From Candidatus Uhrbacteria bacterium (lineage in GTDB: Bacteria > Patescibacteriota > Patescibacteriia > JACQRZ01): a DNA stretch of 54,266 bases. A program made the translations under genes and the position numbers. How positions within the stretch are numbered: position 1 is the stretch's first letter; each line of letters begins with the position of its first letter. The stretch is taken from assembly GCA_016206155.1 (NCBI GenBank), contig JACQSC010000001.1, positions 71,105-125,370 of the forward strand, written 5' to 3'. Positions 36,130 to 43,961 of the stretch are shown here, piece by piece. A model generated the notes under the pieces. The model had not been told where the DNA came from, made no database searches, and was given only the letters and a program-made list of their open reading frames with translations.

Positions 36130-37617
36130 GTGACAAATACTCACGGTTCTGGTAGCATGAGAATGGAAGGCGGTCATATGAGATTTCAAGAGCTTGAACA
36201 AGCTGTATCTGCATATAACCCCGAAGCCGATCTGGAAATGATAAGGCTTGCTTATGATTTTGCGGAAAGCGCGCATCGCGGCCAAGTGCGGAAAACAGGC
36301 GAGGATTACATCCAGCATCCACTGAAAACAGCACACTATCTTTCGCGAATGCAGGTTGATGACGCGACGATCATCGCAGCGCTTCTGCACGAAGTGCCAG
36401 ATCTTACAGGGGTCACGATTGACGATATTCACAAGAATTTTGGCGCCGATATTGCGACGCTGGTCGACGGTGTAAGCCGCCTTGGCAACGTCAAATATCG
36501 CGGGATCGATCGTTACGTTGAGAATTTGCGGAAGATGTTTGTCAGTATCGCGCAGGACACGCGGATTATTCTCATTAAATTTGCCGGTCGCATCCACAAT
36601 CTTGAAACACTGGCCATCCTGCCCGAGCAGAAGCAGCTGCGGATCGCAACCGAGGTACTCGAGATCTATGCGCCGATTGCCGATCGTCTGGGTATCGCAT
36701 TTCTGAGAGGAGAGCTGGAGGATCGCGCGTTTCAGTTTGTCTATCCGGAAGAATATCGGCGCGTCACGACGCTGGTTGAGCCGCATCTGCGGCAGAAAGA
36801 GCAATACCTGGATCGTGTGCGCGAAATTCTCGAGCAGCATCTTGCCGATGGGGAGATTGAGGCTGTATCCATCTCAAGCCGCGTCAAACGATTGTTTTCG
36901 ACGTACAAAAAAATGGAAACTCTTGGGCTGACAACCGTAGAGGGGCTCTACGACCTTGTTGCCATGCGCGTTATTGTTCCAACCATTGCCGACTGCTACG
37001 CGGCGCTAGGGGTTATTCATCAATATTGGAAGCCACTCAAGGACCGCATTAAGGATTATATCGCACAGCCCAAGCCGAACAATTATCGCTCTCTTCACAC
37101 GACGGTATTTTGCGAAGACGGGCAGATTGTCGAATTTCAGATTCGAACGCCCGAGATGCAATATGAGGCGGAGGTGGGCATTGCGGCGCACTGGCATTAT
37201 ACCGAATCGCAGAAAACATCGAGAAAAATCACCGCGAAGCAGCTGGACTGGGTTCAAGAGATATTAAAATTTCAAGGAATTTCCACAACGACCGACCAGG
37301 AATATCTCAAGGTGCTCAAGCTTGATATCTTCCAACACCGTATTTTTGTATTCACGCCAAAAGGAGATGTTATCAATCTTCCGGATGGCTCAACGCCGGT
37401 TGACTTTGCCTATCACATTCATAGTGATGTGGGACGGCGCTGTTCGGGCGCGCGCGTGAATGATGTGCTTGTTCCGCTTGAGACACCACTGAAAAGCGGG
37501 GATGTTGTGGAAATTATTATTGAAAAAAACAGAAAAGCGCCAAGCATCGATTGGCTCACGTTCGTCAAAACGCATATTGCGCGCAGCCATATCAAGCAGC
37601 AGCTGCGCCGAAGATAA
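36130..37617 (+). CDS. RelA/SpoT-homologue (p)ppGpp synthetase/hydrolase, short form (HD, synthetase, TGS; no ACT/RRM)
   Basis: HD domain (HPLKTAHYL...LLHEVPD), synthetase region ([16 protein letters not shown]), and TGS ([24 protein letters not shown]). The real start is probably the ATG at 36157 or 36178. Confidence 0.9.
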   Translation: MTNTHGSGSMRMEGGHMRFQELEQAVSAYNPEADLEMIRLAYDFAESAHRGQVRKTGEDYIQHPLKTAHYLSRMQVDDATIIAALLHEVPDLTGVTIDDIHKNFGADIATLVDGVSRLGNVKYRGIDRYVENLRKMFVSIAQDTRIILIKFAGRIHNLETLAILPEQKQLRIATEVLEIYAPIADRLGIAFLRGELEDRAFQFVYPEEYRRVTTLVEPHLRQKEQYLDRVREILEQHLADGEIEAVSISSRVKRLFSTYKKMETLGLTTVEGLYDLVAMRVIVPTIADCYAALGVIHQYWKPLKDRIKDYIAQPKPNNYRSLHTTVFCEDGQIVEFQIRTPEMQYEAEVGIAAHWHYTESQKTSRKITAKQLDWVQEILKFQGISTTTDQEYLKVLKLDIFQHRIFVFTPKGDVINLPDGSTPVDFAYHIHSDVGRRCSGARVNDVLVPLETPLKSGDVVEIIIEKNRKAPSIDWLTFVKTHIARSHIKQQLRRR

Positions 37618-37633
37618 TTTACTCAACTCTGTC

Positions 37634-38974
37634 ATGCCGCGCGCACTTCGCAGAATCATCTTTACGCTTTTTGTCCTTCTTTTTATCATTACGGCAACAA
37701 CGCTTTTGTTTTACGCAAGCGGCTATCGGTACCATGTTGGAAAGCGAGTGATTGAAAAGACCGGCAAATTGATCGTGGAAACCCAGCCACGCGGGGCGCG
37801 GATTATCGTTGCGGGCGCAGCAGTCCAACCCCTCCAGACACCGACAAGCATTTCATATCTTCTCTCGGGTGAGTATGAGCTCACCATTGAAAAGGATGGG
37901 TATTTTCCTGTACGCAAGCGCATCTCTATCGCGCCGGGTGTCAGTACTGTTGTCAATGATATTGTTCTGATCAAAAAAGAAGAACCGCGTCTGCTTATTG
38001 GCACCGACGGTGTGAAGGAGGCCATATCCATCGCCGACATCATTGTCATGCATGACGGCAAACGAGTGTTCGATTTTGACGTGTATCCGGAGCGGTTGAG
38101 CGAGCGCTTTGCCGCATCCGAGCCTATTGGGGTGTTGCGAATTTCCGAGAGTGGAGCGCAGAGCGCAATCAAAACAGAACGCGGGTGGAGTATTAGCAGT
38201 AAAGGGGAGGAGATTTTTTTCGAGAAGGAGGACTCTTCAATTTTGGATATACGATTTGCAAAAGGATCGGATGAAGCGTATGCGCGCACCGCGCAGGGTA
38301 TTGCGCGGTTTGAACCTGCCAAACGCGCATTTATATTACTCGTAAAACGCACGGATATCGTTTCATATGTTGTCACCGGAACCTCTCTTTTTCTTTTCAG
38401 GGAGATACTCGGCAAGGGACTTGTACTTGAGGAGGTTGGATTACCGAGCGGGGCGAACGTACGAACAATTTCTGACTTACCGGCGATTACCGACATTCTC
38501 GAGAGTTCTGACGGAACGCTTGTTCTGCAAGGTATTGGCAAGTCGCTCTATCTCTTTGATGCGCGCGCGCAGCAAGCGGCTTTTCAACTGGTGAGCGATG
38601 CGCGCGCGGTCGTATTTACCAACAAAGAGCGATTCTTCTCATTCAATGATTTTGAAATTTGGGAGCATTTGTTTTCTCATGAGCGCTATAGCCGTTCTCT
38701 TGTGACGCGTAAAAGCAACCCCATCGTCACTATCCTTCCCTTTACAACACGCCAACTCATGGTGACGGTGGCGCAGAACGGGGAGCTGCACCTCAGACGG
38801 CTCGGCGCGCGAGAGAGCGGAGAGCTCCTCCTTGCAACATTCGACGCCATAGTCGGCATTGCCTTGAATCAAAAAGAGGACACGCTTTTTATAGTCGGAT
38901 CCATCAATGGAAAACAAGGAATCTACGCCATGACCCTTATTGAGGAAGAGCAGGTATTTCCGCTTGTGAAGTAG
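37634..38974 (+). CDS. PEGA-domain membrane-anchored protein
   Basis: ATG at 37634 (MPRALRRIIFTLFVLLFII), a TM helix, then a PEGA domain (LIVETQPRGARIIVAG...YELTIEKDGYFPVRKRISI). The track ORF from 37502 overlaps rel. Confidence 0.75.
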   Translation: MPRALRRIIFTLFVLLFIITATTLLFYASGYRYHVGKRVIEKTGKLIVETQPRGARIIVAGAAVQPLQTPTSISYLLSGEYELTIEKDGYFPVRKRISIAPGVSTVVNDIVLIKKEEPRLLIGTDGVKEAISIADIIVMHDGKRVFDFDVYPERLSERFAASEPIGVLRISESGAQSAIKTERGWSISSKGEEIFFEKEDSSILDIRFAKGSDEAYARTAQGIARFEPAKRAFILLVKRTDIVSYVVTGTSLFLFREILGKGLVLEEVGLPSGANVRTISDLPAITDILESSDGTLVLQGIGKSLYLFDARAQQAAFQLVSDARAVVFTNKERFFSFNDFEIWEHLFSHERYSRSLVTRKSNPIVTILPFTTRQLMVTVAQNGELHLRRLGARESGELLLATFDAIVGIALNQKEDTLFIVGSINGKQGIYAMTLIEEEQVFPLVK

Positions 38975-40414
38975 TTACTGTATGGGAGCGATCTCAGACT
39001 GTTGAGCGGTTTGCGCAAGTGATGGCGGGAGGTCGGTGCCCAGAATAATAAGAAAGTCCGCGCCGGAGACCGAGTCGAGCTCCGGAGAATACGGATCATA
39101 AATACTTTCTCCCCTGAGGGTGTCTGCCAGGAATTTTTTTGTCAATGGTTTGTTGCCTTGTGAAAGATCGAAAACAAGTGTTTTTTGGTAGGTTCGCTCG
39201 CGGGCATTTTCGACCGATGCAACCGTAAACTCGTATCGCTTCAAAAGCGCGGCTGTTTTGTTTCCGATGCCATCAAGCGTAGTGCCGTTGCGGATAATAA
39301 CCGTGCTATCCTTGCCGATGGTGCGCATGTCGTCGTCGGGATATTCGGTAAAAATCCGTTGAACTTTCGCCTGAAGCGTCCCAAAGCTGCTATCGCGCGG
39401 GCGTAAGACATAGGCGCCGTCAATCATCTCAGAGACCAGGAGACCATTGACGTCATCATCAAAGACAACCGAAACGATATCGCGATCATCTACTTTCCGC
39501 AAAGCATTTCCCATGGCAAGCAACTGCCACACTTCCATGTTTGTAGATATATTTTCTTTCAGTGTGCCAAGAATCTCGCCTACCTTCTGAGGACGGAAAA
39601 AAAGAGTTGTGGAGAACATCTTTTCCTTTACTGCCGTTATGATTTTTTGCTGCCGGCGGCTTCGCGCAAAATCAGATCCTTCATTGTTGTTTAGGCTGTG
39701 GCGCGAACGGACATACATCAGCGCGCGCTGGCCATCCATTGTTTGCGGTCCGGCGTCAAAAGATATCGTCTGATATTTTTTATCAAGCGTGGGATATTTA
39801 TAGTCGGTAAAACTATTGTCAACCGTAATAGGGATACCGCCAAGAATGTCGACAATATCGGCAAAGCCCTGGAAATCGACGCGAACAAAATAGGGGATCG
39901 AGACGCCAAGGACCTGTTCCACGGTCTTTCGCGCAAACTCGCCGCCATATCCTTCTTGGATCGTCTCGCCAAAGGCGTTTGCGTTGTTTATTTTTCGCCA
40001 GCCATAGCCATCGATTGGTATCAGAAGGTCGCGTGGGATGGAAAAAAAGGCAACGCGTCCGGTTTTTGGCACGATGCTTGCAAGCATAATGGTGTCGGTA
40101 AGGTCTGCGCCCTCATGATTTCCGCCGCCGATGCCAAGAAGGAGCACATTAACGCGACCGTCATCAGAAACGATATCATTGTTTGCGTTCTCGGCAAGGC
40201 CGCGAAGAGGGGGAATGCTGGTGAGCGCATTCCATGTTTGAGAAAGCGCCGACCCTTCATCTTGCGCAGTTTGATATGAGAATACCGCGGTTCCTCCAAG
40301 CAAAAGAAAAAAGATCGAGCAAGCGGTGAGGATTTTTGGAAGAGGGGAGCGGTAGGTTTGGTATGCGGGAAGGATGGTCGGCTTTTTGATCAGGTTAATG
40401 GGTGAATGTTCCAT
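38975..40414 (-). CDS. LytR-CpsA-Psr (LCP) family protein
   Basis: VNVLLLGIGGG...DTIMLASI...FSIPRDL LCP core. The ATG at 40414 (MEHSPINL) is preferred. Its stop abuts the PEGA gene stop. Confidence 0.85.
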   Translation of the reverse strand: MEHSPINLIKKPTILPAYQTYRSPLPKILTACSIFFLLLGGTAVFSYQTAQDEGSALSQTWNALTSIPPLRGLAENANNDIVSDDGRVNVLLLGIGGGNHEGADLTDTIMLASIVPKTGRVAFFSIPRDLLIPIDGYGWRKINNANAFGETIQEGYGGEFARKTVEQVLGVSIPYFVRVDFQGFADIVDILGGIPITVDNSFTDYKYPTLDKKYQTISFDAGPQTMDGQRALMYVRSRHSLNNNEGSDFARSRRQQKIITAVKEKMFSTTLFFRPQKVGEILGTLKENISTNMEVWQLLAMGNALRKVDDRDIVSVVFDDDVNGLLVSEMIDGAYVLRPRDSSFGTLQAKVQRIFTEYPDDDMRTIGKDSTVIIRNGTTLDGIGNKTAALLKRYEFTVASVENARERTYQKTLVFDLSQGNKPLTKKFLADTLRGESIYDPYSPELDSVSGADFLIILGTDLPPSLAQTAQQSEIAPIQ

Positions 40415-40490
40415 AAAAAAACAATGCTCTCGTGAATTGACAGCTGATATGGGTGAGTATACACTAGTGATGCGCGCGACACAAGAGCGA

Positions 40491-40530
40491 GCACCCTTCT
40501 TACTCAGTTTGTTAGAGAATTGCGTTTTCA
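40491..40530 (+). pseudogene. 5' half of a second tRNA-like gene (outer tRNA), degenerate
   Basis: GCACCCT..ACTCAGTTTGTTAGAGAATTGCGTTTTCAC aligns with the D-arm to anticodon of tRNA-Val. The acceptor GCACCC pairs with GGGTGC at 40683-40688. Confidence 0.5.
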
Positions 40531-40546
40531 CCCCGTTAGAAATTTT

Positions 40547-40623
40547 GGGCGTTTAGCTCAGCTGGTTAGAGCGTTGCGTTCACATCGCAAAGGTCACAGG
40601 TTCGAGTCCTGTAACGCCCACCA
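40547..40623 (+). tRNA. tRNA-Val (anticodon CAC), CCA encoded
   Basis: Acceptor GGGCGTT/AACGCCC, D-arm GCTC-AGCTGGTTA-GAGC, anticodon stem TTGCG/CGCAA with loop TTCACAT, T-arm ACAGG-TTCGAGT-CCTGT, and discriminator A plus CCA. Confidence 0.92.
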
Positions 40624-40654
40624 AACGAGCCAATACATTTCTAACGGGGCATGT

Positions 40655-40689
40655 CGCAAAGGTCACTGGTTCGAGTCCAGTTGGGTGCA
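40655..40689 (+). pseudogene. 3' half of the outer tRNA-like gene
   Basis: CGCAA AGGTC ACTGG TTCGAGT CCAGT TGGGTGC A. The T-stem changes are compensatory relative to tRNA-Val. No CCA is encoded. Confidence 0.55.
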
Positions 40690-40694
40690 TAGAG

Positions 40695-40719
40695 ATTTGT
40701 AACGGGGCAGGTCGCAAAG
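40695..40719 (+). repeat. third copy of the 25-nt repeat ATTT(C/G)TAACGGGGCA(T/G)GTCGCAAAG
   Basis: The direct copy is at 40637-40661. An inverted partial copy (CCCCGTTAGAAAT) is at 40531-40543. Confidence 0.7.
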
Positions 40720-40790
40720 TTTATCCGCTAGTTTCTTTGATCCAGATTTTCAAAAAACCTATATCCATTACAGCATGTTGTATTTATTAT

Positions 40791-40846
40791 TTTGTCCAGT
40801 ATAATATGTGTATTGGACAAAATTGGTATTTTTTGTCCAATATAAG
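40791..40846 (+). promoter_or_regulatory. promoter/operator-like repeats upstream of the AAA+ ATPase gene
   Basis: TTTGTCCA-gTATAAT (40791-40805), inverted TTGGACAAAA (40813-40822), and TTTTGTCCAA-TATAAG (40831-40846). Confidence 0.4.
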
Positions 40847-40855
40847 CAAAATAGT

Positions 40856-42133
40856 ATGCTTAAAAACATAGTTTTTGATCAAAAACTGCAAAAAGAGGAA
40901 CTTTTATCTTTTCAGTACATAGCGCGAACCAAAGAGCCATTTGCTAAAAAATGGTTTGATTCAAGTTTGATTAAAGTAGTTCTGGGTCCCAGACGAGCAG
41001 GAAAGTCTATTTTTTCTCTCATGCTTTTAAGAGATCGGCCATTTATGTACTTCAATTTTGATGATGAGGTAGTTGCGGGCATGAGCGGTATAGTTCCCAA
41101 TGAGCTTATGAAGGAATTGCATGCCGTCTACGGCCCTGAAAAGACCGTTCTTTTTGATGAAATACAGAACCTTCCGAATTGGGAGCTGTTTGTCAATCGT
41201 TTGCATAGAGCGGGCTACAATCTTGTGCTTACCGGATCGAACGCACGGTTGCTTTCGCAAGAACTGGCAACGCATCTGACTGGAAGGCATATGCCCATAG
41301 AAATAATGCCATTCAATTTTGATGAATTTCTTAAGGCAAAAAAATTCACACTAGATCCGCAATACGCCTCCTTGCCACAAAAGCGAGGTGAGCTTTTGAT
41401 GCTTATGGATGATTTTTTATTGCGCGGCGGGTTTCCGGAGGTTGTCATCAGTAATCTTAGCGCACATGATTATCTCGAGGTGCTGTTTGACGCTCTGCTT
41501 TTCAAAGATGTGGTTAAAAGGCATAGAGTTAAATTTTCGACCCAAATAGCAAATTTGGGCGGACATTTAATAAACAATTTTGCCAGTTTGTATACGGTGC
41601 GCAAGCTGCTCGAGGTTTTGAATTTAAAGAGCGCCTCTACTACGGAAAAGTACATAAGTTATCTAGAAGAAGCATATCTTGTTTTTTCATTGCTTCGGTA
41701 TTCCCCGAAATCCGTGCAACGCATAAAGTCTCCTCGCAAGGTCTATGCCGTGGATAATGGTTTTGTAAGCGCCAAAGCAATTCAACATTCTCCGGACAAG
41801 GGTAAGCTCATGGAAAATCTTGTTTTTACAGAGCTTGTCAAGCGAGGACAAAAACCGAACAGAGATTTGTTTTATTATAAGACGCGAAATAATCGCGAGG
41901 TTGATTTCGTTTTAAAAAATGGAACAGATGTTATAGAACTCATACAAGTTTGTTACGAATCGATGCGTTCAGATGTAGAGCAGCGGGAAACAAAGGCTTT
42001 GGCTGAGGCGGGTGGCGAGTTGAACGTACAAAAACTCACGGTGCTTACATGGGACGAGAAGAGGGAAATAAAAAAAGACGGCAACGTCATACGAGTTACG
42101 CCCCTCTGGGGATGGCTGCTTGATAAGAATTAG
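40856..42133 (+). CDS. AAA+ ATPase with a C-terminal DUF4143-like domain
   Basis: Walker A GPRRAGKS and Walker B LFDEIQ. The ATG at 40856 (MLKNIVFDQ) is preferred over the track's GTG at 40808. Confidence 0.8.
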   Translation: MLKNIVFDQKLQKEELLSFQYIARTKEPFAKKWFDSSLIKVVLGPRRAGKSIFSLMLLRDRPFMYFNFDDEVVAGMSGIVPNELMKELHAVYGPEKTVLFDEIQNLPNWELFVNRLHRAGYNLVLTGSNARLLSQELATHLTGRHMPIEIMPFNFDEFLKAKKFTLDPQYASLPQKRGELLMLMDDFLLRGGFPEVVISNLSAHDYLEVLFDALLFKDVVKRHRVKFSTQIANLGGHLINNFASLYTVRKLLEVLNLKSASTTEKYISYLEEAYLVFSLLRYSPKSVQRIKSPRKVYAVDNGFVSAKAIQHSPDKGKLMENLVFTELVKRGQKPNRDLFYYKTRNNREVDFVLKNGTDVIELIQVCYESMRSDVEQRETKALAEAGGELNVQKLTVLTWDEKREIKKDGNVIRVTPLWGWLLDKN

Positions 42134-42135
42134 CT

Positions 42136-43089
42136 ATGAAAATATTTATCACGGGCGCGGCAGGGTATATCGGCGTGATGCTTGCGGAACGATTCGCAGA
42201 GCGTGACGATATCGAGGAGATAGTTTGCCTTGACAAGAATCCGATCACGCCCGAACTGTTAGCGCTTCCCAAGATTCTCTATCTGCGCGCAAACACATCA
42301 GATGACACATGGCAGGGAATCGCCGCGGAGCGCAAGCCCGATGTTGTCATTCACTGTGCGTGGCAGATTCGGGAGTTTTATTTTAGGAAAAAGCTTCATC
42401 ATGCGTGGAATATCTGTGGCTCGCGCAATGTCTTTGCGTTTGCTCTCTCTTGTGCACGACATCTGATTTATCTCTCATCTGTTGCGGTGTACGGAGCATA
42501 TTCCGATAACCGTGTCGATAGGCCATTTACCGAAGAGGATCCTATGCGTGAAGACGAATATCTCTACGGTGTTCAAAAAAAACAGTCGGAGCAGGATCTT
42601 TATGATATCTGCCAAAAATCCCTATCGCCAATATGCGCTACGGTGTTGCGCATTTGCTCTGTGGCCGGTCCGCGATACAAAAGAGCCAAAAAGGGATTTA
42701 CTTTGCAAAATTTGCTTGCGCTCCTTCCATTTATTCCTATTGCAAATCAGGAGTGGGGGAGACAGTTCGTGCATGAGGAGGATCTTATGGGAATTATTGA
42801 CAATGTCGCCAACGAGCCCCCTCAGAGCGCCCATCGCGTGTTTAATGTTGCCCCGCCGATGTATCTGCGAGCCAGTGAAATTGTGCACGCATATGGCAAG
42901 CGAGCATTTCATGTGCCAAAAGAACTTGTTCGTCTTGGATTTTTTGTTCTCCGCCATCTCTCGCTTGGCCGCCTGCCCACCTCCCGTGGCGGCTGGCGGT
43001 TTTATGTGTATCCGGTTGCCGTGGACGGGGGGGCGATAAAAGGCATGCTTGGCAATAATTTTATCCAGTCTATTCTCTATAATAGGTAG
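42136..43089 (+). CDS. NAD-dependent epimerase/dehydratase (extended SDR)
   Basis: ITGAAGYIG Rossmann motif and catalytic YGVQK. Confidence 0.85.
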   Translation: MKIFITGAAGYIGVMLAERFAERDDIEEIVCLDKNPITPELLALPKILYLRANTSDDTWQGIAAERKPDVVIHCAWQIREFYFRKKLHHAWNICGSRNVFAFALSCARHLIYLSSVAVYGAYSDNRVDRPFTEEDPMREDEYLYGVQKKQSEQDLYDICQKSLSPICATVLRICSVAGPRYKRAKKGFTLQNLLALLPFIPIANQEWGRQFVHEEDLMGIIDNVANEPPQSAHRVFNVAPPMYLRASEIVHAYGKRAFHVPKELVRLGFFVLRHLSLGRLPTSRGGWRFYVYPVAVDGGAIKGMLGNNFIQSILYNR

Positions 43090-43154
43090 AATTATAGAAT
43101 TTTATCGATTATGCAAGAAAAAATGGATAAAAATGAACAAAAAAATGATACAGT

Positions 43155-43961
43155 ATGGGACACTTATGTATCGTGAACGCTTATAAAAAATACCTTCATT
43201 ATCGTGAGCTGATCTGGAGCTTTGTTCGGCGGGATATCAACGCGCGATACAGGGGGACGATCATGGGGGTTTTTTGGTCTGTCATTCATCCGCTCGCGAC
43301 ATTTTCAGTTTACTTGCTGGTGTTTGGATTTTTTCTCAAGATACGCATGCCGCAGAGTACATCAGTGCTGGATTTTGCTCTCTACTTCAGCGCGGGATAT
43401 TTTCCGTGGGTTTTTTTCAGCAACGCTGTTACGCGAGCGGCAACCTGCATCGTTGACAATAGAAACTACATCAAAAAGGTAGCCTTCCCATCTGAGATTT
43501 TCCCCTTTTCACTTATGCTTTCAGAAGGCGTCTCGCTTTTGATAAGCATTACGATTGTGGTGATATTTTCAATCTCTGTCCATGGATTTTCATTTTTACT
43601 TCTTTTGCTCCCAATCGTTATTCTCTTGGAAATGATTTTTGTTCTCTCGTGCGTCCTGCTCGCCTCGGCAATAACGGTTTTTTTTCGAGATATTCCCCAG
43701 CTTCTCAATTCGGTTTTTATGGTGTGGTTTTGGCTGACTCCTATTGCCTATACCGTCGATCTGATCCCAAAGAAGCTCGAGATTCTTGTCTTTGCAAATC
43801 CGATGCATCACGTCCTTGCATTATATCGCTCCATGCTGTTAAATAGCAGCATGCCGAACATGAAAGTGCTGTTGTTATTCACGCTATTTTCACTCACGTT
43901 GTTATATGTTTCGCTGTTGATTTTTCAGAGAGCAAAGCGACATTTCAGTGATTTACTATGA
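43155..43961 (+). CDS. wzm: ABC-2 type polysaccharide exporter permease (Wzm-like)
   Basis: N-terminal YRELIWSFVRRDINARYRGTIMGVFW hallmark and 6 TM helices. It is followed by the ATPase gene with a 4-nt overlap. Confidence 0.88.
   Translation: MGHLCIVNAYKKYLHYRELIWSFVRRDINARYRGTIMGVFWSVIHPLATFSVYLLVFGFFLKIRMPQSTSVLDFALYFSAGYFPWVFFSNAVTRAATCIVDNRNYIKKVAFPSEIFPFSLMLSEGVSLLISITIVVIFSISVHGFSFLLLLLPIVILLEMIFVLSCVLLASAITVFFRDIPQLLNSVFMVWFWLTPIAYTVDLIPKKLEILVFANPMHHVLALYRSMLLNSSMPNMKVLLLFTLFSLTLLYVSLLIFQRAKRHFSDLL

Noticed and set aside
36055-36840. The upstream 262 codons of the 318-aa minus-strand ORF that ends as rubredoxin.
   Set aside because: This part is antisense to the well-supported rel gene. 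Rubredoxin is a complete 56-aa protein starting at the ATG at 36054.
40655-40689. Calling the tRNA 3'-half a simple attR scar of an integrated element, and annotating a mobile element.
   Set aside because: No integrase, excisionase or matching distal repeat is visible in the window. A complementary 5' half also exists upstream. The locus is reported as an open finding rather than as a mobile_element feature.
42482-43039. A 185-aa same-strand ORF in an alternative frame within the epimerase gene.
   Set aside because: It is fully nested in a gene with clear SDR motifs. Its translation is Cys/Arg-rich with no domain signal.
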